64,000 nucleotides of DNA from Bdellovibrionales bacterium (GCA_965217115.1 OZ244239.1:1440001-1504000); one strand, 5' to 3'; shown: positions 27,578 to 38,870, numbered from the stretch's first letter. The notes: generated from the sequence alone by a model not told the origin. Made by a program: numbers and translations.

Positions 27578-28969
27578 ATGAAACGAACAAAATTAGGTAA
27601 GTTATTTGAAGGGGCTTCTATCGGGCAAGAGGTTCTTATTAAAGGGTGGATTCGTTCTGTTCGTAAATCAAAAACATTTTCATTTCTTATGGTTTATGAT
27701 GGAACTTGCCAAGATATACTACAGATAGTGATTGATGAAGATATACCTAACTATGAGGAAATATCTTCGATGCGAGCTGGTTTTTGTATTTCAGCAAGAG
27801 GGGTGATTAAAAAATCAGAAGGAAAAGATCAATTAATTGAGATGAAAGGAGCATCTATTGAGATACTTGGGGATTCTCCAGAAGATTACCCTTTGCAGAA
27901 GAAAAAAACCTCGTTGGAATTCTTGAGGGAAATTGCTCATTTAAGGCCGAGAACAAACACTTACGGAGCGATTTTTCGAGTTCGTCATGCCTTGTCTTTT
28001 GCGACCCATCAGTTTTTCAATGACAGAGGTTTTTTCTATCTAAATTCTCCTATAATAACAGGATCGGATTGTGAAGGAGCAGGAGAGATGTTCCAGGTGA
28101 CAACTCTGAATCTTGAAAACACTCCTCGTGATAGTAAAGGGCAGGTAAAATTTAAAAAAGATTATTTTTCAAAGGCAACTTATTTAACTGTCTCAGGACA
28201 ATTAAATGCGGAGGCTTTTGCTATGGCGATGGACTCGGTTTATACATTTGGACCGACATTTCGTGCTGAGAATTCTAATACATCAAGGCACTTGTCAGAG
28301 TTTTGGATGGTAGAGCCAGAGGTCGCATTTGCTGATTTGGACGATATAATAGACTTAGCCACAGATTACCTAAAATACCTTATCACTTATGTGATGGAGA
28401 AGTGTCATTCGGAACTGCTATTTTTACAAAAAATGTATAGCCCTAACCTCTTGAAAACTTTAAAACATGTGAAAGAAACTGATTTTAAGAAGATTAGCTA
28501 CACAGAGGCAATTGATATTCTAGTTAATGTTGTTGGTGATGAAAAATTTGAATATGAACCTCAATGGGGGAAAGACCTTCAGACAGAGCATGAGAGATAT
28601 TTGACGGAAAAGCATTTTAAATGCCCTGTTATTGTGACAGATTATCCTAAGGATATAAAAGCTTTTTATATGAAACAAAATGATGACGGAAAAACGGTCA
28701 AAGCAATGGATATCTTGGTTCCAGGAATTGGTGAAATTATAGGTGGCTCACAAAGAGAGGAGAATCTAGTTCGACTAGAGAAACGCATTGAAGAAATGGA
28801 AATGGATTTTAAAGACTATCAGTGGTACTTGGATTTACGAAAATATGGAACAGCAACGCATTCAGGTTTTGGTTTAGGCTTTGAGCGGGCGGTGATGTAC
28901 ATTACTGGTATGAGTAATATTCGTGATGTCGTTCCTTTTCCACGTACTCCTAAGAATGCTGACTTTTAA
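27578..28969 (+). CDS. asnS: Asparagine--tRNA ligase
   Basis: YLTVSGQL, FRAENSNTSRHL, GFGLGFER. Confidence 0.97.
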   Translation: MKRTKLGKLFEGASIGQEVLIKGWIRSVRKSKTFSFLMVYDGTCQDILQIVIDEDIPNYEEISSMRAGFCISARGVIKKSEGKDQLIEMKGASIEILGDSPEDYPLQKKKTSLEFLREIAHLRPRTNTYGAIFRVRHALSFATHQFFNDRGFFYLNSPIITGSDCEGAGEMFQVTTLNLENTPRDSKGQVKFKKDYFSKATYLTVSGQLNAEAFAMAMDSVYTFGPTFRAENSNTSRHLSEFWMVEPEVAFADLDDIIDLATDYLKYLITYVMEKCHSELLFLQKMYSPNLLKTLKHVKETDFKKISYTEAIDILVNVVGDEKFEYEPQWGKDLQTEHERYLTEKHFKCPVIVTDYPKDIKAFYMKQNDDGKTVKAMDILVPGIGEIIGGSQREENLVRLEKRIEEMEMDFKDYQWYLDLRKYGTATHSGFGLGFERAVMYITGMSNIRDVVPFPRTPKNADF

Positions 28970-29013
28970 ATAAGAAATTGTACAAAATTGAATTGATTTT
29001 TAGAGAGAGGCCC

Positions 29014-29036
29014 GATATACCCGTAGGGGGTATATC
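29014..29036. promoter_or_regulatory. CsoR operator
   Basis: GATATACCC-N5-GGGTATATC upstream of copA-csoR. Confidence 0.85.
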
Positions 29037-29051
29037 TCCAGGGGAGTTCTG

Positions 29052-31241
29052 TTGAATGAAATTCGTTTAAAAATATCAGGTATGAGTTGCGCAGGTTGTT
29101 CCGCAAAGATTGAAAAAGAAATCAGCAAAATAGAAGGTGTTCTTTCAGCAGGGGTGAATATTACAACTCAAATAGGAGTATTTACTTTTGAAAAAGAGGA
29201 TATTCATCTTGCTGTTGAGCGAAAGATCTTTGAAATGGGCTTCTCACTAATCAAAGAAGCATCGACGATCAATGAAAGTGAAGTTCAACCAGATTATTTG
29301 AATAAATTCTGTGTTTCAATTATTTTATCAGCAGGTATATTTTGTTTAGCTATGTGGCCTCTAGTCCAATGGCCTACTGTAAGAATAAATTATTTGTTAC
29401 AAATGATTTTAGCAACTCCAATATGGGTATGGGTTGGTTGGGTTTTTCAGAAAAGTGTTTGGACGTTTCTCAGGACGGGTCATTCAAATATGAATACTCT
29501 TGTTGGATTAGGGACGAGTGCAGCATACTTATACAGTGTGTTTATTATTTTGTTTAATGATACTTCAACACAATTAGATTTAGCGCAAAATATTTATTTT
29601 GAAGCCATGGGCTTCATTATTTCTTTTGTTTATTTAGGGAAGTATCTTGAGCATAGAGCGGAAACTAAAACAAAAAAAGATCTAAATTTCTTACTAAAAG
29701 CATCAGTCAAAAAAGCCAATCTCCTGAGAGACGGTAAATGGTTGGAAGTCGATATTGAGAAAGTTAAAGTCAATGATTTAATTCGGGTAAAGGCAGGAGA
29801 GAAGTTTCCAGTGGATGGGGAGATAATAAAAGGTGATTCATTTATTGATGAGTCAATGATTTCAGGAGAATCATTGCCAGTGAGAAAGAGTAAAGGACAG
29901 CGTATTTTTTCAGGTACTTTGAATGGAGATGGAATTATTGAGTACAGGACAACTCGAGTAGGTAAGGATACTTTTTTAGGACAAATTATTGATTTTATAG
30001 AAAAAGCGCAAAATTCTAAACCTCAGATACAGAGATTTGCAGATAAAGTCAGTGGTGTGTTTACTCCTATTATTTTATTAATAGCGTTAATGACTTTTTT
30101 ATTGTGGTTTTTTCTTGGTCCAGAACCAATTTGGGAAAATAGTATCTCTCGTTTAATTGCAGTATTGGTGATTGCTTGTCCCTGTGCTTTAGGTTTAGCA
30201 ACGCCCACAGCAGTGATGGTGGCAACAGGGAGAGCTTCTCGTAAGGGTATTTTGATTGGGGGGGGAGATGTTATTGAAAAAGCTACTAAAATTGACACAG
30301 TAGTTTTTGATAAGACGGGAACTTTAACAGAGGGGAACCCCAAAGTTTTGGAATTTGTAAATAAATCTGAAAATGGGAAAGAAGAGTTACTACGGGATTT
30401 GTTTTTTATTCAAACTCTTTCAGATCACCCGTTGTCCAAAGCAATGGTGACGTTTATTCAAAGCTTGTTAGAGAAAGAGTTACAACATGAAACAGAGGTG
30501 AATTCATTTGAGCAAGTTAGAGGAAAAGGGGTGAGGGCTGAAGTTTCAGGAAAAAAATATTTGATAGGAAGTAAATTATTTTTGAATGAAGAAGGTGTTT
30601 TTTTAGATGAGAGCATTCATTCAAATGAAATAGGCAGTTACGCTTTTATTGCCGTGGACAGAAAAATGATAGCTTTGTTTGTCATAGGAGATCAAATAAG
30701 ACAAGAGGCCCAGGGTATCGTACAGAAGCTTCAGGGAGAAGGGCTAGGAGTTTGGATGCTCACAGGAGACAACGAAAAGGTAGCGTCTTATGTAGCAAAT
30801 AAAGTTGGAATACAAGATTTCGTATCAGATACCTTGCCTTTAGACAAAGCACGATTTATTAAAAAAATGCAAAATCAAGGTTTGAATGTGGCAATGATAG
30901 GTGATGGAGTTAATGATGGGCCAGGATTAGCGCAAGCTAATTTATCCATTGCTATGGGAACGGGATCGGACATTGCAATTAATAGCTCTGATGTGACTTT
31001 GGTTCAAGGAGGGGTTGTTAATTTATGGAGTTTTATTCATCTGGTAAATCAAACGATGAAAATAATTAAGCAAAATTTATTTTTTTCATTAATCTATAAC
31101 GTATTATTGATTCCTATTGCAGGTGGTATTCTTATTTTAATGAGTGGTCCTTTAATGCCACCTGTTCTAGCAAGTGTGGCAATGGCTTTGAGCAGCATCT
31201 CTGTTGTTAGTAACAGTTTAAGAATTAGGAAAGTGATTTAA
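29052..31241 (+). CDS. copA: Cu(I)-exporting P1B-type ATPase
   Basis: GMSCAGC, CPC, DKTGT, HP, GDGVND, YN, MALSS. Confidence 0.93.
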   Translation: MNEIRLKISGMSCAGCSAKIEKEISKIEGVLSAGVNITTQIGVFTFEKEDIHLAVERKIFEMGFSLIKEASTINESEVQPDYLNKFCVSIILSAGIFCLAMWPLVQWPTVRINYLLQMILATPIWVWVGWVFQKSVWTFLRTGHSNMNTLVGLGTSAAYLYSVFIILFNDTSTQLDLAQNIYFEAMGFIISFVYLGKYLEHRAETKTKKDLNFLLKASVKKANLLRDGKWLEVDIEKVKVNDLIRVKAGEKFPVDGEIIKGDSFIDESMISGESLPVRKSKGQRIFSGTLNGDGIIEYRTTRVGKDTFLGQIIDFIEKAQNSKPQIQRFADKVSGVFTPIILLIALMTFLLWFFLGPEPIWENSISRLIAVLVIACPCALGLATPTAVMVATGRASRKGILIGGGDVIEKATKIDTVVFDKTGTLTEGNPKVLEFVNKSENGKEELLRDLFFIQTLSDHPLSKAMVTFIQSLLEKELQHETEVNSFEQVRGKGVRAEVSGKKYLIGSKLFLNEEGVFLDESIHSNEIGSYAFIAVDRKMIALFVIGDQIRQEAQGIVQKLQGEGLGVWMLTGDNEKVASYVANKVGIQDFVSDTLPLDKARFIKKMQNQGLNVAMIGDGVNDGPGLAQANLSIAMGTGSDIAINSSDVTLVQGGVVNLWSFIHLVNQTMKIIKQNLFFSLIYNVLLIPIAGGILILMSGPLMPPVLASVAMALSSISVVSNSLRIRKVI

Positions 31242-31243
31242 GT

Positions 31244-31522
31244 ATGAAAGGAATGAGCCATAAAAAAACACTTCATAGGGTGAACAGAATAGAAGGGCAA
31301 GTGCGTGGTATAGCGACGATGATCGAATCCGAAAAATACTGTATTGAAATACTGACTCAAACGAAAGCCATCCGTAGTGCATTGAAATCCGTTGAACTAG
31401 AGATATTAGAGTCTCATATTAAAGGCTGTGTGAAAGAGGCGATTTTATCAGAATCTAATAAGAACAGTGAAAGCAAGATAGATGAAATGATGTTGTTATT
31501 AAAAAAGATGAATAAATCTTGA
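31244..31522 (+). CDS. csoR: Copper-sensing repressor
   Basis: RIEGQVRGI, C..HxxxC ligand pattern. Confidence 0.88.
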   Translation: MKGMSHKKTLHRVNRIEGQVRGIATMIESEKYCIEILTQTKAIRSALKSVELEILESHIKGCVKEAILSESNKNSESKIDEMMLLLKKMNKS

Positions 31523-31578
31523 ATGTTTATTATTGAGTAAATGGAGAGCCGCAAAATTTAATTATAAAATTAGCTGAA

Positions 31579-32628
31579 TTACTCAATTTCTTTAAAAGAG
31601 ATGTTTTTCTTAACGGCTGTTTTTCCATTAAGGTATTCAAGGGATAAGCTCACAAGCTTCCTCTTCCAATCAATGCTTATAAAGCCAAAATTATTTTTAA
31701 AGATAAGAGATGGATGAACGAGCTGCGGGTCGGTTTCACTATTATAAAAAGTTCTTCTATTAAGAGAGCTACTGGTGATTTCATAAACAGGATATTTTTT
31801 TTGTTTGATCTTATAGATGCCCCCAAGGTGTCTGTCTCCACTGAGAAAAATAACGTGTTTGGCTTTTGTTTTTTTAATAAGATGGAGTAGCCTTTCTTTT
31901 TCTTTTGGTAGATTTCCCCATTTTTCCCAACCATGTGTTTTAGCAGCAACTTGAATAGTGGAAACGATAATACGAAGATCAGCAGATTTTTTAAGCTCTT
32001 TTTCAAGCCAGGCCCATTGTTCTTTTCCGAGCATAGTTTTATTAGGAGAACTGTCTGGTATATAGCGTTCTGCTCCTTTTCTTGGTTTTTTTGTTTTCTT
32101 TAGAGAGCTGCGAAAGTATCGAGTATCTAAAAGAATAATTTGTGTTTTTTGTCCGTTGCTTCCGAAGCTGTAACTAGTATAAAGACCAGAGCGTTTTCTT
32201 CGCGGAGAGTGAGAGGGAGTGTTAAAAAAATCTAAGAATATTTTCTTAGATTGTTTTTTCCATTTGTGTTCAATACCACCGTCATTGAGGCCATAATCAT
32301 GATCATCCCATATGGCAAGGATGGGTGTATCTCTGCGAAAACTTCGGTATTCTTTAGAGCTATCTAATTTTTTAAAGGCGTGTTTGAGGTAATTCAAATC
32401 TCTGCCACTACCATAAACAACATCGCCAGCATAAATAAATAGGTCTGGTTTTTTCTTTGCAATAGACTGCCAAAACTTTTGATGTCCATCTTGTGAGGAA
32501 CAAGAGCCAAAAGCGATTTTTGTTAGATGGGATGAGATTAAACCCTCTTCTTGTATGAATTGTTTTTTTAAACTCTGTTGGCATCCAAGAGAGAACAAAG
32601 CAAATACTAGATAAATTAAGTTAGTCAT
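31579..32628 (-). CDS. phoD: PhoD-family alkaline phosphatase (lipoprotein)
   Basis: IAFGSC, WDDHDYG, LDTRYFR, SGDRH. Confidence 0.9.
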   Translation of the reverse strand: MTNLIYLVFALFSLGCQQSLKKQFIQEEGLISSHLTKIAFGSCSSQDGHQKFWQSIAKKKPDLFIYAGDVVYGSGRDLNYLKHAFKKLDSSKEYRSFRRDTPILAIWDDHDYGLNDGGIEHKWKKQSKKIFLDFFNTPSHSPRRKRSGLYTSYSFGSNGQKTQIILLDTRYFRSSLKKTKKPRKGAERYIPDSSPNKTMLGKEQWAWLEKELKKSADLRIIVSTIQVAAKTHGWEKWGNLPKEKERLLHLIKKTKAKHVIFLSGDRHLGGIYKIKQKKYPVYEITSSSLNRRTFYNSETDPQLVHPSLIFKNNFGFISIDWKRKLVSLSLEYLNGKTAVKKNISFKEIE

Positions 32629-32828
32629 TTTTTATATTACCCCTGTATATGATAAAAAATTTCTGCTTTAAATTAAATGAGCGGAAAATAGCATAAAATC
32701 CACGTATTTTCAATATCTATTATAAATCTCCATTGATCTTTGAGTAGAGAAATTTTGAGCCTCTATGTACCTTGCCTGGACTAATATAGTAGGCTAGGCT
32801 AGACAGAGGTAAAAAAGGGAAAATAGGC

Positions 32829-33815
32829 ATGAATAGTAAAATAAGTAGTATGAGCTTATTGATAATTTCAAGTGTTGTTGTTACGGGCGCCCTTGTTTAC
32901 ACCAAAACAATCTTGATACCATTTGTTTTCTCTCTGTTTATTTATGCTGTTATATCCACTTATGCCGATTTCATACAAAATAAACTAAAAATACCTAAAG
33001 CAGTTGCATTAACTTTGATTATCTTAGTGGCGTTGTCTTTTTTTGTAGGGTTGTTTTTAGCAATAATTTTTTCATTAAATAATTTTCTGCAGGAAACGAC
33101 AATTTATCAGACAAAAATCGTGCAAGCCGGAGATTGGTTTGCAAGAGAAATTCAGAGTTATGGATATAATTTTGATAAGAATATACTGTTGGAAGAAATT
33201 AAAAATTTCCCTGTCTTCTCAGTAGCAAGAGATGTTTCAGGAGGTGTATTTTCATTAGTTGGGAATTTCTTTCTGATTTTAATATTTACGCTTTTTCTTC
33301 TTTTAGGTGAAGGGAGTGGCTCACACAAGATACTGTTGTGGGAAGAGGTAAAAGAAAAAATATCTAAATATCTATTAGTTAAGATTATAACATCATCTGT
33401 GACGGCAATCTTAGTTGTCTTATTACTCTCTCTCTGTGGGTCTGACTTGGCTTTTATGTTTGGGATATTAACTTTTTTATTAAATTTTATTCCAAACGTC
33501 GGTTCGTTAATTGCGACAGCGTTGCCTCTTCCAGTTTTATTTTTGCAATTTGGTTTAAATGGAGAGTTTTGGGCGTTCACTATCGGAGCTGCAGCGATTC
33601 AATTTATTATAGGTAATATTATTGAACCAAAATTTGTTGGAGAATCGGTGGGGCTTCACCCCCTTGTTATTTTGCTTTTTTTAATGTTTTGGGGGCTTGT
33701 TTGGGGAATTCCAGGAATGTTCTTGGCAGTCCCTATTACGGCGTTACTTAAAATTATTTTGGGAAAGATAACCGCGACGAAGAAATTGTCAGAGTTATTA
33801 GCTGGTCGGCTTTAG
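32829..33815 (+). CDS. AI-2E family transporter
   Basis: FLLNFIPNVGS, GNIIEPK, WGxxWGIPGMFLAVP. Confidence 0.9.
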   Translation: MNSKISSMSLLIISSVVVTGALVYTKTILIPFVFSLFIYAVISTYADFIQNKLKIPKAVALTLIILVALSFFVGLFLAIIFSLNNFLQETTIYQTKIVQAGDWFAREIQSYGYNFDKNILLEEIKNFPVFSVARDVSGGVFSLVGNFFLILIFTLFLLLGEGSGSHKILLWEEVKEKISKYLLVKIITSSVTAILVVLLLSLCGSDLAFMFGILTFLLNFIPNVGSLIATALPLPVLFLQFGLNGEFWAFTIGAAAIQFIIGNIIEPKFVGESVGLHPLVILLFLMFWGLVWGIPGMFLAVPITALLKIILGKITATKKLSELLAGRL

Positions 33816-33856
33816 TAAAAAGAGTGGCAGGTGGAAATTAATTTAAAAAGTACTGA

Positions 33857-34294
33857 TCATTTTATCATTGAGAACATAAAGAAAAACCCTAGAGTTCTGA
33901 AAGTAAAGGCTATTATGCCGATGACTTTATGGTAATTCTTTAGTTTTTGAGAAGAAGACCCTCTGTATAAATTAAGACCAATAATAAAAACGGGGAAATA
34001 AAGAAGAATAGTAATGCTAGAGAAAAAAATATGAAGTTGTTGAAAGGAGTTTAGGGTCATTGAAAAAGTGGTGTCTATGGCTTGTCGAGTAAATTCCAGT
34101 ATAAGAACAATAGAAAAATCTAAAAAAATACCAATGGACATAAGTATGACATGAATTTTTTTAGTCTGACGAAAAACTAATCCTAAAACGAGGCAAAGGT
34201 AAGCAAATATTGAGACCGCAATATATGGGGTTAGCGCTAAGCCCATTAAGAAAAAAAATAGAGCAATGAGAGAAAAAAGAAAAATCATTTTCAT
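33857..34294 (-). CDS. Hypothetical membrane protein with conserved-looking His residues
   Basis: 4 TM segments. Confidence 0.65.
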   Translation of the reverse strand: MKMIFLFSLIALFFFLMGLALTPYIAVSIFAYLCLVLGLVFRQTKKIHVILMSIGIFLDFSIVLILEFTRQAIDTTFSMTLNSFQQLHIFFSSITILLYFPVFIIGLNLYRGSSSQKLKNYHKVIGIIAFTFRTLGFFFMFSMIK

Positions 34295-34315
34295 GGTAAA
34301 AAAATATATAAATTA

Positions 34316-34795
34316 TTATAGAGAAGAGCAAGGTTTTTTTAGAATATACTCTAGAAGTCCTTCACATGAAATTTCGAGTAAATCAAGAACGTGTTCAAAC
34401 CCTTGTTGCCCACTAGGGTATGGATCAGGGACTTGGGTTTCTGGAACATTTCTAGCAAAAGAGAGCATTTTAAAAATCTTCTGTTTTTCGTTAGTTGAAC
34501 TGGTAAGACTGAGGACATCAGAGTAATTACTGTCATCCATCGTGATAATATAATCAAAAGATTTAAAGTCTTCTTTAATAAACTGTCTACTGAGACTGTC
34601 GAGAATAAAATTTCGATTTTTAGCATATTGGCGCATACGCGAATCAGCTGGATGTCCAGAGTGATAACTAGAAGTTCCAGCGGAGTCACATATAATATTA
34701 GAGAGTTGTCTGTCTTTAATAAATTGTTTCATAATAGCTTCGGCAGCGGGTGAACGACAAATATTTCCGAGGCAAACAAAAAGGATTTTAGTCAT
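34316..34795 (-). CDS. Low-molecular-weight protein-tyrosine phosphatase
   Basis: VCLGNICRS, DSAGT, VPDPY. Confidence 0.95.
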   Translation of the reverse strand: MTKILFVCLGNICRSPAAEAIMKQFIKDRQLSNIICDSAGTSSYHSGHPADSRMRQYAKNRNFILDSLSRQFIKEDFKSFDYIITMDDSNYSDVLSLTSSTNEKQKIFKMLSFARNVPETQVPDPYPSGQQGFEHVLDLLEISCEGLLEYILKKPCSSL

Positions 34796-34802
34796 AGTAT
34801 GA

Positions 34803-36350
34803 TTACCCTTTTATAGAGTTAAAGAAACTTAAGCAGGATTTCTTATAAAGATCATTCTTGTAAAAATTTGATTGCACGCACTCTTTTAGTGCAGATTTCT
34901 TGATTTTCTCGATCTCTCCTGTTTGCTTTTGTTTCTGTGACCATTTAGAGACGTGACCATTTATTTTTGAGAGAATTTTTCCATTACGACCAACAAATGC
35001 ATCAGTCATTTTTAAGTTTTCAAAGAATATTTCTTTAGTGTATTTGAGGATTTCTGTTCTATTTTCTGGAGATAGGGAGATAAGATTTTTTAAATGTTTA
35101 GCTGCCCACTGTAGACGTGTGGCCTTGCCAGTAGATTTTTCATAGGCTTTTTTCGACCAAGAGAGAGAGTCAGTTTTGTTGCCAGATTCTTTTTCTAAAT
35201 AAGAAAGGGATGACATTAGATAATGAGGGCTAAGTGCGGTCGAAAGTTCTTTTTTCAGGATTTTTCGAACTTGCTCGGTAAGCCCTATTGCCACAAGAAA
35301 ATAAGAGGCAGAATTGAGAACAGAGAGGCGTTCGTATCCAGTCTTAGATTTCTTGATCGCATAAAGGCTCTCTGTTTTTAGAAGATGTTTTCTTTCTTTA
35401 CTGAGTATGTATTTACCGTCTTTCTCTGTGCTGAGCCCCAAAAGAGCAAATAAAGTGGTGAGTCTTTTCATAACGTCATCAGTACTTTCTCTTAGGTGAT
35501 CCATTGTGTCTAGATAGGTATTTATAAAAGATTTTTTTTCAGGAGAATCTTCCTTAGAGTAGAGAAAATTGATAAAAGAATGGGCAGAGTAGGATAGATT
35601 TGCAAGATTTTCCTTGGCGAGGTCTGGTGAATTTAGAATACCTTTTAATCTTTTCCGATATTTGTTTTTTTGTTCAGCGGTGAGGTTTTTCTTTTGTTTT
35701 TTTAGAGAGCGAGAGAGTATGCCTAAATAAGTTATGAATATTCTTTCTTTTTGTGACCTTAATTTTAGAGGGATTTTTTCATCTAAAATTTGAAATTTCT
35801 TACTCCAATCAGCTAAATTATTTTGAAGATTGAAATCCTGCTCCCAAGAGTGACTGGCAATTCTACTCCAATCGCCTTCTGTGGCTGAGCCGTTGAGAGC
35901 TGTTTTAACAACATTTTGGATGGGATGAAGGTTAGCATATAGCGATTTGAGGGCCTCTGCGAAGGCCTCTTTTGACAATGAATAGGAGAGACGTGTAATT
36001 TCTTTGCCATCAGGAGAGAGGATCATGAGGGTTGGATATCCTCTAGCTTTGAGTTTTTCTCCCCAATGTTGGGCACTCTTTGAATCTCCATCTAAGTACA
36101 CAGGTATGAAGTTCTTAGTTTCTTGGATAAAATGAGCGTGAGTAAAGACTCTAGATTTAATACTAGCACAGGGAGGACACCAGGAAGCTCCCCAGTAGAC
36201 AAAAAGAGGTTTGTTGAGTTTTGTGGCTTCTTGAAGCGCACTCTCCATCCCTGTCTTATGCCATGAAATTTTATTTGGTTCCTTTCTAGAGGAGCAGGAA
36301 ATGGAAAAAAACAAAAAAACTACAGATTGTAGAAGTATAAAGAGCTTCAT
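34803..36350 (-). CDS. Thioredoxin-family lipoprotein with helical C-terminal region
   Basis: Lipobox ISC; WGASWCPPC; GYPT. Confidence 0.8.
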   Translation of the reverse strand: MKLFILLQSVVFLFFSISCSSRKEPNKISWHKTGMESALQEATKLNKPLFVYWGASWCPPCASIKSRVFTHAHFIQETKNFIPVYLDGDSKSAQHWGEKLKARGYPTLMILSPDGKEITRLSYSLSKEAFAEALKSLYANLHPIQNVVKTALNGSATEGDWSRIASHSWEQDFNLQNNLADWSKKFQILDEKIPLKLRSQKERIFITYLGILSRSLKKQKKNLTAEQKNKYRKRLKGILNSPDLAKENLANLSYSAHSFINFLYSKEDSPEKKSFINTYLDTMDHLRESTDDVMKRLTTLFALLGLSTEKDGKYILSKERKHLLKTESLYAIKKSKTGYERLSVLNSASYFLVAIGLTEQVRKILKKELSTALSPHYLMSSLSYLEKESGNKTDSLSWSKKAYEKSTGKATRLQWAAKHLKNLISLSPENRTEILKYTKEIFFENLKMTDAFVGRNGKILSKINGHVSKWSQKQKQTGEIEKIKKSALKECVQSNFYKNDLYKKSCLSFFNSIKG

Positions 36351-36511
36351 AGAGCCTCATAATGCATGTAAGTTAGTTGTTGATCAATGAGTTTAGAGGA
36401 GTATTTTAGTAGAATTTTTATAAAAAATCAACAAGCCATTAGACGAGGCCATAAAGAAAACTGTGAAAAAATAGTGAGCTAAGGCCCTTATATTGTGAAA
36501 TATTTAAATTT

Positions 36512-37438
36512 ATGTCAGACTTTAAGATGCTGTTTGGCAACAGCTCCTTAAATAAAAGGGAAGAGATGAATTCAGAGAGTGAAAAATCGATAAAATTGAT
36601 TTTAATTTACAGAGACACTGTGAAAAAGGTCATAAATTTTTCTATTTTTCTGATCGTTTTACTCTGGCTCGTTTTGGTCGCATTCTATGCATTAACTAGT
36701 GGAGATGAAAGTTATTGGAGTGTCCTTGTTAAGGTTGCCTTATCCTCATCTGTTCTAGTGACAGCATTTTATAGACTTGTTTTTTATTTTCATCCTCGGA
36801 TTTACACACGCTATGAACTTTATAAAGATCATTTAATTGTAATTTTTAAAAACAAGAGATATGAACTGAAGTTCTCTGCAATCAAGAACATCTGGATATC
36901 CACTTTATCACCACGGTTTTTTGGAGGGTTTGGGATTGAGATGAAAAATGGTAAGAAGTTTTACTTTCTATCAATGTTAAAAAACAATGAACAGATTCTT
37001 CATGAAATTCAAAAAAACAAGGGTTCTCTTTTAGAGATAAAAAAAATTAAAAAATATGAAAAAACGAGTCAAACGGTCGATGTCTCTTGGGAAAGAATAA
37101 AAGAGGGACTCGTTGATGGCCGACTTTTAATATTTAAACTTATTGTAATACCAATGCTATTAAGCTTATCTCTTCTATTGAGGTGGCAGCCTTTGTCAAA
37201 TTGGAATTTAGTATCAAGTGAGTTTGCGTTGAAGATTTTTTTGCCGATATTATTTTGTTGGATTCTATTAGCAATATTGAACATTTATAAAGAAAAAATA
37301 GTGATTGAGCATCTGATAAAAAGTCGAGAAAAGAGATTCATACACAGGGATATAGAGCATGAAAAAAAATGGGAACGGCGATTTTATTTTCTCTATGCAT
37401 TAACGATACTAGCCGTAATATTGCTTAATTTTATATAG
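36512..37438 (+). CDS. Hypothetical membrane protein
   Basis: Several TM segments; start uncertain. Confidence 0.65.
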   Translation: MSDFKMLFGNSSLNKREEMNSESEKSIKLILIYRDTVKKVINFSIFLIVLLWLVLVAFYALTSGDESYWSVLVKVALSSSVLVTAFYRLVFYFHPRIYTRYELYKDHLIVIFKNKRYELKFSAIKNIWISTLSPRFFGGFGIEMKNGKKFYFLSMLKNNEQILHEIQKNKGSLLEIKKIKKYEKTSQTVDVSWERIKEGLVDGRLLIFKLIVIPMLLSLSLLLRWQPLSNWNLVSSEFALKIFLPILFCWILLAILNIYKEKIVIEHLIKSREKRFIHRDIEHEKKWERRFYFLYALTILAVILLNFI

Positions 37439-38092
37439 CTACTTGAGTATGTCTTCAAAGAAAGCCCCGTATGCTCCATTATTACTAATTAGATGTATTT
37501 CTAAAACCCAAAGATTCTTACAGGGAATATCGTTTATTTGCTTCATCCCTCCTTTGTAGAATAAATGGTGTGGAAAGTCTCCAATGCGGTGCCCTTTCAT
37601 TTGAATATTAAGTGTGTAGCCTAAGTGTTTGGCGTAGAACTCGGCAAATTCGTATAAATCAGCCCCTGTTTTTTGTTCATTTCTCCAAATGTCAGCTGTT
37701 TTGTTAAAAACTTCATAACAGGCAAGTTTAATTTTTTGGTATGCAGTGTTTTCTCCGAGAACGAATGTGTTGCCGTGATCACCTTCGTGGTTTTGCCAAA
37801 CAGGGCCAATATCTATAAAAAAAATGTCATTGTCTTTTAATTTGATGTTTGGTGCAGATTTATCAGAGAAGGATTTACTTGTATTAACGCCAATTCTAAA
37901 CTTGTTTGGATGCCATTTTTTATTGGAACCCATGTTATTAAGGGTCCTGTCAATTAGGTCAGAGCCGTCTTTTTCTGTCATTCCTATTTCAACTGAAGAT
38001 GCGATTGCTCCAACAGCTTTGATCGTTAAGTCCCGTACTTTTAAGAAGTTTTCTAAGTTAAAGTTACTCCCGACACCGTGTATTGATTTCAT
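37439..38092 (-). CDS. M24-family metallopeptidase
   Basis: DIGP..EGD..GH..PH..EIH..ED ligands; start trimmed to ATG 38092. Confidence 0.85.
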   Translation of the reverse strand: MKSIHGVGSNFNLENFLKVRDLTIKAVGAIASSVEIGMTEKDGSDLIDRTLNNMGSNKKWHPNKFRIGVNTSKSFSDKSAPNIKLKDNDIFFIDIGPVWQNHEGDHGNTFVLGENTAYQKIKLACYEVFNKTADIWRNEQKTGADLYEFAEFYAKHLGYTLNIQMKGHRIGDFPHHLFYKGGMKQINDIPCKNLWVLEIHLISNNGAYGAFFEDILK

Positions 38093-38099
38093 ATGTGTA

Positions 38100-38870
38100 T
38101 CACGATAGAGAGGAAAAAGAGTGGGATAGCCAGCCCCTTTTTTTTGCTTCCAAATGCAGTTTTTCTTCTTCGGTGAATAGAGGATGGTTTTTAGGGTTTG
38201 CGCGTACAGCAATAGATATCTTGGCTGATTCGAGAAGCGGCAAATCCCCCAGAGTGTTACCAACGGCGAGCAGGGGGTGTTGACCTGTAACTTGCTTTAG
38301 TTTTTCGACTTTGCCCTCGCGCCAAGTGATAGGGTTGATGACTCTGTTTGTGATAAGGGTCTCTTTTTCCAAAGAGGGCTCTGTTTCAGTCTCAATTCCA
38401 AGAACATTTTCAGTGGGAATATTGAAGAGGTGAGCAAATGGTTCTGCCGCCCATTTACAGGATGCTGTGACGATGTAAACCTCTATGTTTTGAGAATGAA
38501 GCCACTCGATGAGTTTCTTTTGTTGAGGGAAAATGGGGATATCTTGGAAGCTTTTGAATGATTCTCTTCCCCAGGCTTGAATATCGCTTAAAGAGTGGCC
38601 TGCGTTGATTTGAGCAAGCCATGCGAGCCCATTGGGTGGAGAGATGGATTTTTTGTCCTCATAAACCTGGAAAGGGTTGGGAGGAAGATCGTTGACAAGC
38701 TTGTTTTCGATTTGAAATCGAAAGAAGAATTCGCCAATATCAGTGTTCCAGAGAGTTCCATCGGCATCAAAAGCGGCAATTAAAGGTTGAGAAGAGGACG
38801 AATCTTGAGCATCATGGACCTTTCTTTTGATTGTTTCTATCATGTCTGTAGGATAATCAAAATATTGCAT
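38100..38870 (-). CDS. HAD-superfamily hydrolase
   Basis: FDADGTLW, VTAS, K, GNTxGD. Confidence 0.88.
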   Translation of the reverse strand: MQYFDYPTDMIETIKRKVHDAQDSSSSQPLIAAFDADGTLWNTDIGEFFFRFQIENKLVNDLPPNPFQVYEDKKSISPPNGLAWLAQINAGHSLSDIQAWGRESFKSFQDIPIFPQQKKLIEWLHSQNIEVYIVTASCKWAAEPFAHLFNIPTENVLGIETETEPSLEKETLITNRVINPITWREGKVEKLKQVTGQHPLLAVGNTLGDLPLLESAKISIAVRANPKNHPLFTEEEKLHLEAKKRGWLSHSFSSLS